A stretch of 63,700 nt of DNA, the filler included, from Craspedostauros australis (lineage: Eukaryota), in NCBI GenBank assembly GCA_030167865.1. It is 11 parts of 11 records of this genome, joined end to end, with 100 filler letters (N's around TTAATTAATTAA, not from the genome) between each part and the next. Parts side by side here need not be neighbours in the genome. Positions count along the whole stretch, not along the records: positions 46,861 to 57,809 come from JALAGF010004569.1; 10 more parts are not named here. One strand, written 5' to 3'. The notes under the pieces were generated by a model. That model was not told where the DNA came from and made no database searches. It worked only from the letters and a program-made list of their open reading frames with translations. This document shows positions 47,100 to 57,909 of this stretch, piece by piece (the stretch's first letter is position 1; every line of letters starts with the position of its first letter). A program made the translations under genes and the position numbers.

Positions 47100-50000
47100 C
47101 CCATCTACGATTACGTTCTAACAGAAGGAGTTGGAGGGTCCATCCCCATCCAATCCAAGGGCACACTGTCATGGACAATACTTGACAATGATGGCAGGCC
47201 ACTGCAGATTTAGATATCCAATGCTTACTACGCGCCACGGCTTCGCATCCATCTGTTCTGTCTGCAGCAATGGTCTGACCAAGGCCCTCACAATCACCAC
47301 TGCAGGCACCTGCGTACCTGCACGACATACGGCAACTACACTGTCCTGCGCTCCTCACGTTGCAAGGTCACAGTATATCATCATCCAGGCACCAACCTGC
47401 CTTTGATGTCTGTCGCCAACACCAAGTGACATGCGCCAGCATTCCTCACTACTTCCAGTCCTCCAAGCAACTCTGAACTTCTCAACATCAACAATGTCCC
47501 CGATATCATGATGGAGGTTCACGAAGATCCCAAGCTTGCCAAGTTGAGGCCCGATCCTCTCCAAGACAACAACACACTGGTCTGTGATCAGTTGGCAACA
47601 CATCCTGTTGGTGCGTCTGACGCACAAGGACAGCTACTCCGGTGGCATCATCACTTGGGACACCTACCCTTCCGTGTCTTGTGCAACATGGCGTCACACA
47701 GCATCATACCACGACACTTGGCCACGGCCAAGTTCCCTCTCTGCATCTATGGCAAAGCCGTCCGTCGGCACAGGCCAAACCATATCATGCACGTTGTCAA
47801 ACGAGCGCGATTCCCAGGGCATATAGTGTCAGTCAACCAGATTTTCTCCTGCCAGCCTGGGGTACTTCCGCAGCAAAACGGCACGCACACCTGGTCGCGA
47901 TACACATGCGTGACAGTGTTTGTTGATCAGTACCTTGGTATTGAGTACGTTCACTTGCAGCTCATCCAGTCTGGTGCCAACACACTGCAAGCCAATCAGG
48001 CTTTCGAGCGCTATGCTCACTCATTCGGTGTCTGCATACACCACTACCACCCCGACAAAGACAGATTCGCTGAGCAGCTGTTCCGCACGGCTGTCGCAGC
48101 AGCCAATCAAATCATCGCATTCTGTGGAGTCAATGCTCACCATCAGAATGGCGTCGCCGAGCGACGCATCCGCGACCTCCAAGAGTCCACTTGCTCGATG
48201 CTCTTGCATTCGCAGCACCATTGGCCTGATGTCATCCATCCGTCTCTATGGCTGTATGCTCTGCGTTACGCCTCTGAGATCCGAAGGAACGCTGCTCGAG
48301 AGGGAGGTATATCGCCACTCCAGCGATTCGCGCAGATCAAGGTCCAACCCTTGATGTAACACTTTCACACATTTGGATGCCCTGTATACATCCGCAAGGC
48401 CGCACTGCAACAGGGATCCCAGGTTCCCAAGTGGAGCAGCCGAGCCAAACATTGCCATATTCCTTGGCATGTCAGCTGAACATGCAAGCAGCGTACCTAT
48501 CGTTCTCAAGATCGACACAGGGTACATATCGCCACAGTTCAATCTGAACTTCGATGGCAGGTTCCAAACGGTCAAGACCAACCCACTAATGCGTCCTGTC
48601 GCATCGCAGTGGCAGCGTCTCACACACATCGACGAACCAGCCGAGCCCTCGCAACAGATTCGCTCCGAATGCATCACACGTGCTGTTCAGCACCAGCTTT
48701 CCGCAAGCACGCGTCCTCCAGGGACCACACACGCTGCACCTGATGCCAAGCCATTCCAGCTTGACATGCAGCACAAGATGCACGACCTTCCAAGGTCCAG
48801 CCTTCCAAGGCACAGTCTTCCAAGACAACCAGCAAGCTCACCTTCAGAGGGAGCTACGCCATCGCCACACAGAACGCATCACGATCTGCTACATCCGCAA
48901 CAGAATGTGCAGAGACCAACCAGACTACACTCCAACTCCAATCCTACCACACATACACTGCTCAATCCTTCCACGCATCTGACATCCTCAACATGAACTC
49001 GGGCGATCTGCACCCTATGTCATTCGCAGCAACACTCGCAGACGATGACACTATGTACTGGGGGCAAATGCAGAAGCAGCATGACTGTGACAAATTCATT
49101 GAAGCAATGCACAAAGAGATCGAAGACCACCAATCCAGACAACATTGGGAGGTCATTCAACGCACTCGTGTGCCAAAAAGGCACAAGATCCTGAAAGCTG
49201 TCTGGTCATTCAAACGCAAATGCAGACTTGCAACCGGCGAGATCTACAAGTGGAAAGCACGGCTACGCGTGCATGGAGGAGAGCAACAATATGGTGTCAA
49301 CTACTGGGAAACATTTGCACCTGTTGTGCAATGGTCCACCATCCAGACATTCCTCACCATGGCCGTCCAACAGCACTGGCACACTTGCCAAATCGACTTT
49401 TTGTTCTGGAGTTCCCACAAGCGGATGTGGAATGCGACATCTTCATGCAAGTACCTCAGGGGTGCAACATGGACGGAGACAGCAGGTCTCACGTTCTCCA
49501 ACTCAAGAAAAATCTGTACAGCACCAAGCAAGCAGCATTGGTATGGCATCGGCATGTGGTTGACAGCCTGATGCAGCATGGATTCCGGCAAAGCCAAGTT
49601 GACGAATGCCTTCTCTGCAAGGGCAACACATCCATTCTGCTGTACGTTGACGACACCATCATCATTGGCCCACGCAAACACGAGATCGATGACATCATCG
49701 AGCGCCTCAAGGCACGGTTCACACTAACCAACGAAGGCAACATGGATGATTATCTGGGCGTTCACATCCAACGTACTGATGACACCATCACACTCTCACA
49801 ACCGCAACTCATAGATCGAATCATACGAGCAGCCAAGATCGATCCTGACTCACCAGGACGAACCTATTCGACGCCAGCCGTCAAACCGCTCCTATACAAG
49901 GACACTGGTGGCCCTGCTGCCACTTGGCGATTCGAATATCAGTCAGTTGTGGGGATGCTCAACTTCCTCACATGATCAACGAGACCTGATATCTGCTTCG

Positions 50001-50635
50001 CAGTCCATCAATGCGCACGCTTCATGGCTCATCCGATGAAGTCACACAAAGATGCCATCGAATGGATTGTACGATACCTTGCTCACACATGGGATATGGG
50101 ACTCCGCATCTCACCTACCCAATGACTCCATTCACTGCTATGCTGATGCAGACTTCGCAGGAGGCTTCACACAAGCCAACAACGACCCCAACACGGCAAA
50201 AGTCGTACCGGATATGTCATCCTGTATGCAGGATTCCCCATCATATGGAACTCCAAACTGCAAACAGAAGTCGCACTCAGCACCACAGAAGCCAAGTACG
50301 TGGCTCTCAGCCAAGCTCTATGAGAGGTTATACCCATCATACACCTCATCAACGAAATGAAGCAGCACATATCGTCATTCGACACTTCTCTGCCAACAGT
50401 TCACTGCACAGCATTTGAGGACAACTCCGGTGCCCTCGAACTCGCAAACGCACCCAGAATGCGTCCTCGTACCAAACACATCAATGTCAAATACCATTAC
50501 TTCCATGAAGCTGTCAGCAAAGGGCTCATCACCATCGAACAGGTCGACACGTTGGACCAGATGGCCGATATATTCACCAAGCCCTTGGCACGTTCACTAT
50601 TCAAATCTCTGCGATTGCGACTATTGGGATGGTAA
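47100..50635 (+). pseudogene. Degenerate CoDi-type Ty1/copia pol (integrase-RT-RNase H)
   Basis: WHHHLGH, HQNGVAERRI, WKARL...YWETFAPVV, LYVDD, YADADFAG, FEDNSGA...RTKHINVKYH, QMADIFTKPL. Multiple frameshifts. Confidence 0.95.
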
Positions 50636-50668
50636 GCACGGTCCGCTCGTGCCACCGACAAGAGGGAG

Positions 50669-50858
50669 TGTGCAGATTAAGTGCCAATTCACGAATCTGG
50701 CCGAATCCGAACGATGATTGTCAATGGGCAGACGATACCGCACAAACGACGAGTAGGATCCACACTGAGCAAATGACCACCCTGCACGGACATAATTTTC
50801 AGAACAGATAGGTTTCACCCCATCTCCCACACTTCCGGTCACGTGAAAAACCTTCACA
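50669..50858 (+). repeat. 3' LTR (190 bp) after a PPT
   Basis: PPT AAGAGGGAG (50660-50668); termini TGTGCAG...CTTCACA. Confidence 0.75.
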
Positions 50859-51099
50859 AAGATTTGATTGTGCAGAAATATTTGCATATGAGAAGACACT
50901 TCTTCAACCACTGACCTCCAACCAAAACAAGAAACCTGATAGAGAATGGCTTGGGTTTGAGAGAAGTGCAAACCGAATCATCTTGAAATACATGAATACG
51001 ATCAACCAAGAGGTGCAGACAGCAGAAGAGAGAGAGAGAGAGATAGCTTAAGTAATCATATTTTGGTCTTACATCCACAACAACAACATCCATCATCAT

Positions 51100-51768
51100 T
51101 AGCAAAACAACATCAATTGTATGAACATCAATCATCCGTCGGCATAAGGCAACATGCCAATGATTGTTCTTAGCATAGTCGGCAAACCGAGGAAGAAACA
51201 ATTCGATATTGCTCAGGTACGGTAAGGCAATGGCATAGAAGTAGGTGTAGAAAGTACAAACAATGCAGGAGATGCAGATGTTGTCCATACTTAATCTCAG
51301 TTCCATGTCACAGAAACGTCCACGATGTGCCAGACAGTACAGCATGAGCAGCAATCCCATTTCATAGGATACCAAGTATTGGTTCTTGACCTGAATGCAT
51401 GCAGGGTCATTCTCACCAGACACTGCCTGGAACTTTGGCCAGAGACGGTCAGCCAAGCATTGGAGGTAGCATGCTTGGAAGCGGAAGTGAGGAATAGCTT
51501 CGGTGTCAGCCAATTCTAAGATGGCAATGTTTCTGTTCGTATACAAAGGAGGAGGACCCAATGGACGGAGATAGAGCTGCTGCATCTCTAGCACATGGCA
51601 GCCTAATGCAATAGCGTGACTGTAGTACTCCACAAGAATGGTGACACCAGTGTAGTTCAGACCCTGCACATCAATCTGCGAAAGCTGATTCACAGCCTCG
51701 ACAAATCGATCGTGGGCTTCTTGCAATGCCTGCCTCTCTGGAAGGGAGTTCCAAATACGCAGCACCAT
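51100..51768 (-). pseudogene. Truncated PIF/Harbinger-like transposase (N-terminal HTH region)
   Basis: HFRF...L..LADRL...LLLMLYCLAH...DME...ISCIV pattern; DDE core not seen. Confidence 0.6.
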
Positions 51769-52139
51769 TAGAAAGAGAAGGACCAGCTACAGTGCGTGGA
51801 GAAAGGTTGTATATGCGAAAGCGTGGTGAACACGGAAGAATTGAAGAAACCACGAGTATAGCATCAAGTGCAGTGTGGAAGAAATCTGTCATGCAGGTAC
51901 CAAAAACCGGAAGGAGGTGATGTGTCGACAGAGGCATCAGCAAATGTGATGTTCTTCAGCACGAATCAAACCGAACGTGACTAAATTAATCGCACAGTTT
52001 TGGCGCGAACGCAATATCGCTCGAGTTAATCCAAGCAGTATTCTGTCACGAATCAGTCCTGTGCGGTTTTCGTGCTCGAGATTCAATGCGAACCGCGACA
52101 TGACACAGGGGCCGGGGGAACAGAATGCGAAAGTCCTCT

Positions 52140-53509
52140 AATGGAACACACGAAAATGAGCAGAATTTCTGGAGGAAATTTGCAATCGACGATTTCTGAG
52201 AGAATTAGAACATCGTCCGTCCATCCATCAATGGTTGATAATCAGCAACTACACACAGGAAAAGGGCACCAAACACTGCACTTACTACGCCGCCAGGGTG
52301 ATCAATCCATCAGGTGGAGTTGGAGATGTTTGGTGTTCTTTGTTGTTCTAATAGGTTGTGTCCAATTGATGATTGAGTTTGGATTATGAGAACATGATCT
52401 CATCATTCCAAAGATGGTGCCTATTGCACGAGTTTCTAATGTGCTGCTCGATTACCTCGTGGTTTATCTCGCAGTCTTTCCTAAAACATTGCCCAAGATG
52501 GCATGTTGATTTACACGATATCNNNNNNNNNNNNNNNNNNNNNNNNNNNNNNNNNNNNNNNNNNNNNNNNNNNNNNNNNNNNTCTGTTTGATCATATATG
52601 GATTGATCCGTCTACGTCGACGAGGTGCATGCATCACCTCTGACAATGTTGTTCTGGATCCTAAATGTTGTTGCCACGTGCTCAATGATGCATTTGGCAT
52701 TGCTAGACAGGTCAGCATACCATGACTAAAATATAATCTCGATTCCGAGGATCACAATGACCGATCCTCTGACGTCATACGATGATGTCAGTGCCTACGT
52801 CAGGTTCGATGACTGTAGTGACTGAATCTCAATCGTGTAATCAAGACTCACTCGACTATACTCTCAAATCGAGTCGAATCAAAAATAATGAATCATGTTT
52901 CAGTCATGGGAGATAGGTACCTAATTTCGATCTAGATGTTGATAATGGTACCAAGAGAATCTCGAGGTACTTCCCAACTAAACCTCAGATGACGATATCA
53001 TCTGACAGGTTGCTGCATCACCAATGGAACATGACATCTGGAGAGCAGAAGGACGCCTACTGGCATTGACAGGATGTCATCGTGTCACCATGTCGACATC
53101 TGTCTCCAAGTCAGAGCAAGAGGCGAAGATCCGATGACCGAAGGACATCAGGATCATGGATATGGGAGATGAACTTCAAATGGTAAGTACTCATGGAGTA
53201 GGAGCCAGTACTGAATGAACGGAGTGTTGAATGTGGAGTACGCATCGAACATGGAGTATCGTGCAGCACGAAGTACACGATACTAAGACAAAGAGAGAGA
53301 GAATACAAAGAGCAGCGAGAGAGCATCTCGCACACCGACTCATAGTCAGAGACCAAATCTACAAAACAGATTGAAGCGCCAAGATCATCTGGCAAGAGAA
53401 CGGACACCGAGAGGATCGGAGTGCCAACGTAATGAAATAGCAAACGAACAACTATTAACCAACACCATCTTCCACGATCGTAGGTTACCGTGAGCGTAAC
53501 TTGCCAACA
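52140..53509 (+). repeat. Family A LTR copy (may start at TGTCACG, 52044); contains an N gap
   Basis: 53150-53509 matches 21410-21762. 52140-52230 and 52965-53155 are inverted matches to 55186-55277 and ~54960-55152. Confidence 0.7.
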
Positions 53510-55277
53510 ACTTTCAGGTTGAACGTGAGTTGGTGATGGAAGTTCACGATGTGAGTTTTGTATTCGTTGCTTACTGTGCTGAGGATCTGCATGATCATCT
53601 CCTCTTCGCTGATCGTGTATTCGACATCGTGGAGGCGGGAGCGTAGAAGCTCGAGCCATGTGATGTAGATGGCGGGGTCCATGTCTCTCTTCATCTTTTC
53701 ATTGTTGAATTGACGCTTGAGTTTGATTTTGGTTGCTGCATCGGATGGTTGGAACTTCTCCGCGAGAATGTTCCACACTTCATGTGGTAATCATCAGAGA
53801 CGCACTGGTTGATGTATTGGATGGCCTGCTTGCCCTTTCCCTTCTCTGCGTCTATCATGAGGATTAGATCGCTGAAGCAGTTGGCTGCCAGCTCATGGAC
53901 TTCCTCCATCGACTCCTTGTCTTTTCCTCTGGCTTCTCCGATCTCACTCATCGTTGGGATCTTCGTCTTGCCCAACATCACATCTATTGTCTTCTGCGTA
54001 CGCACATACGCCTTCGCTTGGGACTCCCAGGCATTGTAGTCCTCCTGACTACCACTGAACAACGGCGCCTTGATGCGTCGCTTGTTCATTTTGGCTGATG
54101 TCGCCATGTTGCTTCGTTGTTTTGTTGATGGTGCGCGCACGCTCCTGATTTCCGTTTGTTTCTGTGTGATGACTTTTTCAATTTTCGCTCATGTTTGCGC
54201 GGAGATGTGTTTCGTCACAAATTCTCCTCTGCGTGCCGTCTCACTTTTTCCGTGTTGCTTGGCTGTGCGAATGCTCTTCGTCACACCAGTCTCTTCTTGT
54301 TTGATCGCCTTGAGAATGCTCTTCTGCACGAATCATAGTCTCGCAAACCATTCCTCGTTGGTCTCATTGGTTGTGCTTCCTTCTTCGTTAGAGAGGACAG
54401 TGGGCGCACCCACTTCCTTCTGCTGTTGAAGTCAAGTCTCACTCGCACCTTCTTCTTGCTTGATAGCCGGATTGGACAGAGGGATGTCTTTCAATTCCTC
54501 TTCCTTGCTCATTCAGCCTACTGCTCTTGAAGGATGTTGTCTCCCTCGTACGATCCAATCCTCAGGCTTGCCCTGATCTATCGTTTATAAACATGTTGGC
54601 AAGTCTTGTGAACAGATACTTTGCGATTGTGGAAGACGGTATTGATTGTTACGATTATGTTTGCTATTTCATTACATAGACACTCCAATCCTCTCAGTGT
54701 CTCTTGTTCTCTTGCCTGATGCTCTTGGCATGTCTCTCTTGTTGGTCTGACTATGAGTTGGTATGAAAGATCCTCTCCCGCTGTTGTTCATGCTCTCTCT
54801 CGCTCTCTCTCTCAATGTTGCCTATTCACACCATACAATATTCCGTACTTGACATGTACTCCGCATGCAGTACATACTCCGTCGTTTTGTTCTCTGTTGG
54901 CCCATTACTCTGTGAGTAGTCGCCAATACTCCCACACTGCATTCCTCCTTGCATACTCACGATCTTGATGTCCCTTTAGTCATTGAATCTTTGCCTTCTT
55001 GATCTGATGTTGAGACGGATGTCGACATGGTGACACAATGGCATCTTGTCAACATCAGCTGTTGGTTCCATGGTCCTTCTGATTCCACATTCCATTGATG
55101 ATGCAATGGTCTGGCAGATGATATTGTCATTTGAGGTTTAGTTGGGAAGTACATCAAGCTTCGCTCGATGCCATACGTTTGCAGTGATGGATGGACGGAC
55201 GATGTTCCTGATTCTCTCAGAAATCGTTGATTGCAAATTTCCTCCAGAAATTCTGCTCATTTTCATGTGTTCCATTT
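53510..55277 (-). pseudogene. Decayed family A copia: 5' LTR remnant (54594-55277) and truncated gag (ATG 54512 to 53510)
   Basis: Clear paralogue of the 21845 gag (MATSAKMNKRRIKAPLFSG..., WNILAEKFQPSDA) with stops and frameshifts. Confidence 0.92.
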
Positions 55278-55324
55278 CCACTGTGATTTTGACCATCACA
55301 GCATACTATTGGCACTAATGTAGT

Positions 55325-55903
55325 TGTACCGTCCGTACATATATAAGAGAATAACGGGTGAACGATGCACATATACATGTACATCTTGACATGTACTCAC
55401 ATGTACATCTCGACAGCCCGGTCGGCAGCAGCGACGTTGCGACCAAAAAGCACAATCCCTTCGTCAACATCTACAAGGACGGCAAGGAGGATACCCTGCG
55501 GCGACAGATCCAGCGCACGAAGAACCGTGCCACCAACATCCTCCTCGAGAGCTCGCAAATCGACCAAATGGAGGATGATGATCAAGGCCTGCGCGTGGAC
55601 CAGCTGCTGCAGGAAACGGATGAGATCCTGGAGGAGGCCACCCTCGAGATCAAAAAGTCCGAACACAATCGCAACAGCTGGCATATCCGCAAGGCCATCT
55701 CGCTGTGTGACGACGATGATCTTGACGAAGATTGACAATTCTCACAGAATTCCTTACTTCTTACTTCTCTACTAATCCTATTAGTCAAATACTGGTCGGG
55801 GGGCTGTCTTCGGACAGCACTCACAAATAAACAACAAGAGCTCCGACCAGGGCACGAAACAACGGGCCAATACATCTTTCGTAGTTACTTGCACTGTTTG
55901 ACA
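55325..55903 (+). repeat. Putative 5' LTR (~579 bp) of copia family B
   Basis: TGTACC...TTTGACA termini, AATAAA at 55826, immediately followed by a PBS-like sequence. No second LTR in the window, so the left end is tentative. Confidence 0.6.
55391..55735 (+). CDS. 114-aa acidic helical ORF within the putative LTR
   Basis: Uninterrupted ORF with mostly C/G-ending codons, similar to the adjacent gag; no recognised family. Confidence 0.55.
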   Translation: MYSHVHLDSPVGSSDVATKKHNPFVNIYKDGKEDTLRRQIQRTKNRATNILLESSQIDQMEDDDQGLRVDQLLQETDEILEEATLEIKKSEHNRNSWHIRKAISLCDDDDLDED

Positions 55904-55924
55904 GATTCAGAGTCGTGCTTACCA
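55904..55924 (+). promoter_or_regulatory. Primer binding site complementary to the 5' half of tRNA-Gln(CUG)
   Basis: GATTCAGAGTC is the reverse complement of the anticodon arm GACTCTGAATC. GTGCTTACCA is the reverse complement of the D-arm-like TGGTAAGCAC. Confidence 0.75.
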
Positions 55925-55979
55925 ACACTGAGCAACACCCAACACCACATCACCTTTTACCATCGTACGAGTTACCACC

Positions 55980-57377
55980 ATGGACCGGCCAACCAACATC
56001 AACACCTTCAACAAGATCATCCAAGAGCTGGTACAGCTCGATGACGAAGAGATGGCGTTCATCGGCGAGAAACTCGGGAGAATCGATCGTGTCATCCGCA
56101 ACTCGGACGCCACCATCGTGGCGGCCTTGGCGCTCTCGCCAACGCTGTCATCAATCAACATCACCAACATCCTGCGCATCTTCGCATACGCAAGGTCCAA
56201 CACCATCACCGCACGCACCGATTGGGCAGCAATCGACTTGTTCAACGAAGCGAACAGCTACGAACCACCGGAAGTCAGCACGCCAGTTGCGAACGCTGCT
56301 GCTCAAGTGCGATCGGAGATGGCGATCAGGGAGGCAGCCGCAGCAGCGGATGCCACTGGGACAGCGGGTCGCGAAATCACCGTCAGCTCACCGAGCCGCG
56401 CGAAACGCACCCCGCGATCACCACGAACCCCACGGACTCCATCAGGATGGAAGTTCGACAAGATCAGCATGCCGGAGGCACCCGAATTCACCGGGAACAA
56501 CAGCGACTGGTATGACTGGAAGATCGCGTTCAAGCGACAGCTGGTTACATCCAGATACGCCGCGTACCTCGATGTCGACAAGCCATCGCATTTCGCAGAG
56601 GACATCGACGCGCAGCTCTACACTGTCCTGCACACCAAGACAGAGAAGGGATGCGCGGCATTCATCGTGGAAGCACACGAACCGAACGGCCATGACACAT
56701 ACCAGGCGCTCATACGCAACTATGAATCCGTCGACCACAAAGCTGAGGCCATCGCAGAGGAAGAACAGAAGATCGCCGAACTCCGTTACGACGGATCAGA
56801 GCCATTCCCAGTATTCGTCAACGCTTTCTCCAAGTGCATCCGTGTCATGGAGCAGAACGGAAAGCAGATGACCGACCAGCAGAAGATCGCGAAGTTCTTT
56901 CGCAACATCACCGACGACCGCTTCACAAGCGAGATGTCCAGATTCCGCAACACGGAACACTCCTTCAACGCAATTCGTGAGGCGTTCATGCAACATGACG
57001 CGCTCCTCACGAAATCGGAAGGACACTACTCTCCCAAGCGCAACCGTCGCTACCAACAGAAGGACACCAAGGATGACCGCAAGAGGCTGCGCGAATCCTC
57101 CAAGTGGGATCGCAAGGGCGCCGCATCGTTTCGGTTGCCGGACTCCGTCTTCCGTCGCATGCCGGTGAGCACTCAAGTGCTCCTCGTCGAAGCATCTCGT
57201 CACTTCCGCACCACTGGGAAACCAATCGATGAGGAAACCCTCAAGCGCAACAAGCCAACAGAGTACGCGCGCAACCTGGAGTTGCCCATGACCCAGCGAG
57301 GACCCAAGCGGCCTCGCACGGGCGATCACAAGACCGGACGACCTGGCACCCAAGGACCATGGAACGCCGGTTCTTGA
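55980..57377 (+). mobile_element. gag of copia-like (CoDi) family B
   Basis: PEFTGNNSDWYDWK, and YDGSEPFPVFVNAF...MTDQQKIAKFFRNI (UBN2-like); basic C-terminus; intact 465 aa. Confidence 0.85.
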
Positions 57378-57809
57378 CAATCAAAGACGGGCACAACTCG
57401 CCGTCAGTCGGAGATTGTCATCCACCTCAAACCCCGCGACTGTAGGGGGGCGAGCGTGACGACCGCAGCGGGAATGCCCGGACGTGCACGTCCGGTGGCA
57501 CCACAAGAGTCCCGTCCGTGCACAACCCACCCGACAGTGGAGCACTGCATCCGAAGGGCAAGAGTAACGAACGATAGCCAAGGCTTTATCATCCTAGACT
57601 CAGGGGCGGACGGAGACATCGTTCATGCGTCGGGCTGGGAGGTGACCCACACACACCAACAAGAGTTTCGTGCCCGAGGGGCGACGATCAACTCACCAAT
57701 CGAGACATTCCAGATGGTCGACGCCGTGGCAGCATACGAGCCCCCATCAGGCGGCGTGATCCTCATCAAAGCAAACTACGTGGCTCTCGACAAGCATCCA
57801 CAGCAGACG
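57378..57809 (+). mobile_element. pol N-terminus (aspartic protease), in frame with gag after a single UGA
   Basis: No stops from 57378 to the contig end. IILDSGAD active site and VDAVAAYE...VILIKAN, a CoDi-type protease. Confidence 0.85.
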
Positions 57810-57909
57810 NNNNNNNNNNNNNNNNNNNNNNNNNNNNNNNNNNNNNNNNNNNNTTAATTAATTAANNNNNNNNNNNNNNNNNNNNNNNNNNNNNNNNNNN
57901 NNNNNNNNN

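Noticed and set aside
52946..52958. TGGTACCAAGAG as a tRNA-Met-type PBS
   Set aside because: The match is imperfect and lies inside the inferred LTR rather than after its CA end.
55904..57377. Idea that the tRNA-Gln primer also decodes the gag stop
   Set aside because: Gln tRNAs suppress UAG/UAA; UGA is normally read by Trp, Cys or Arg tRNAs.
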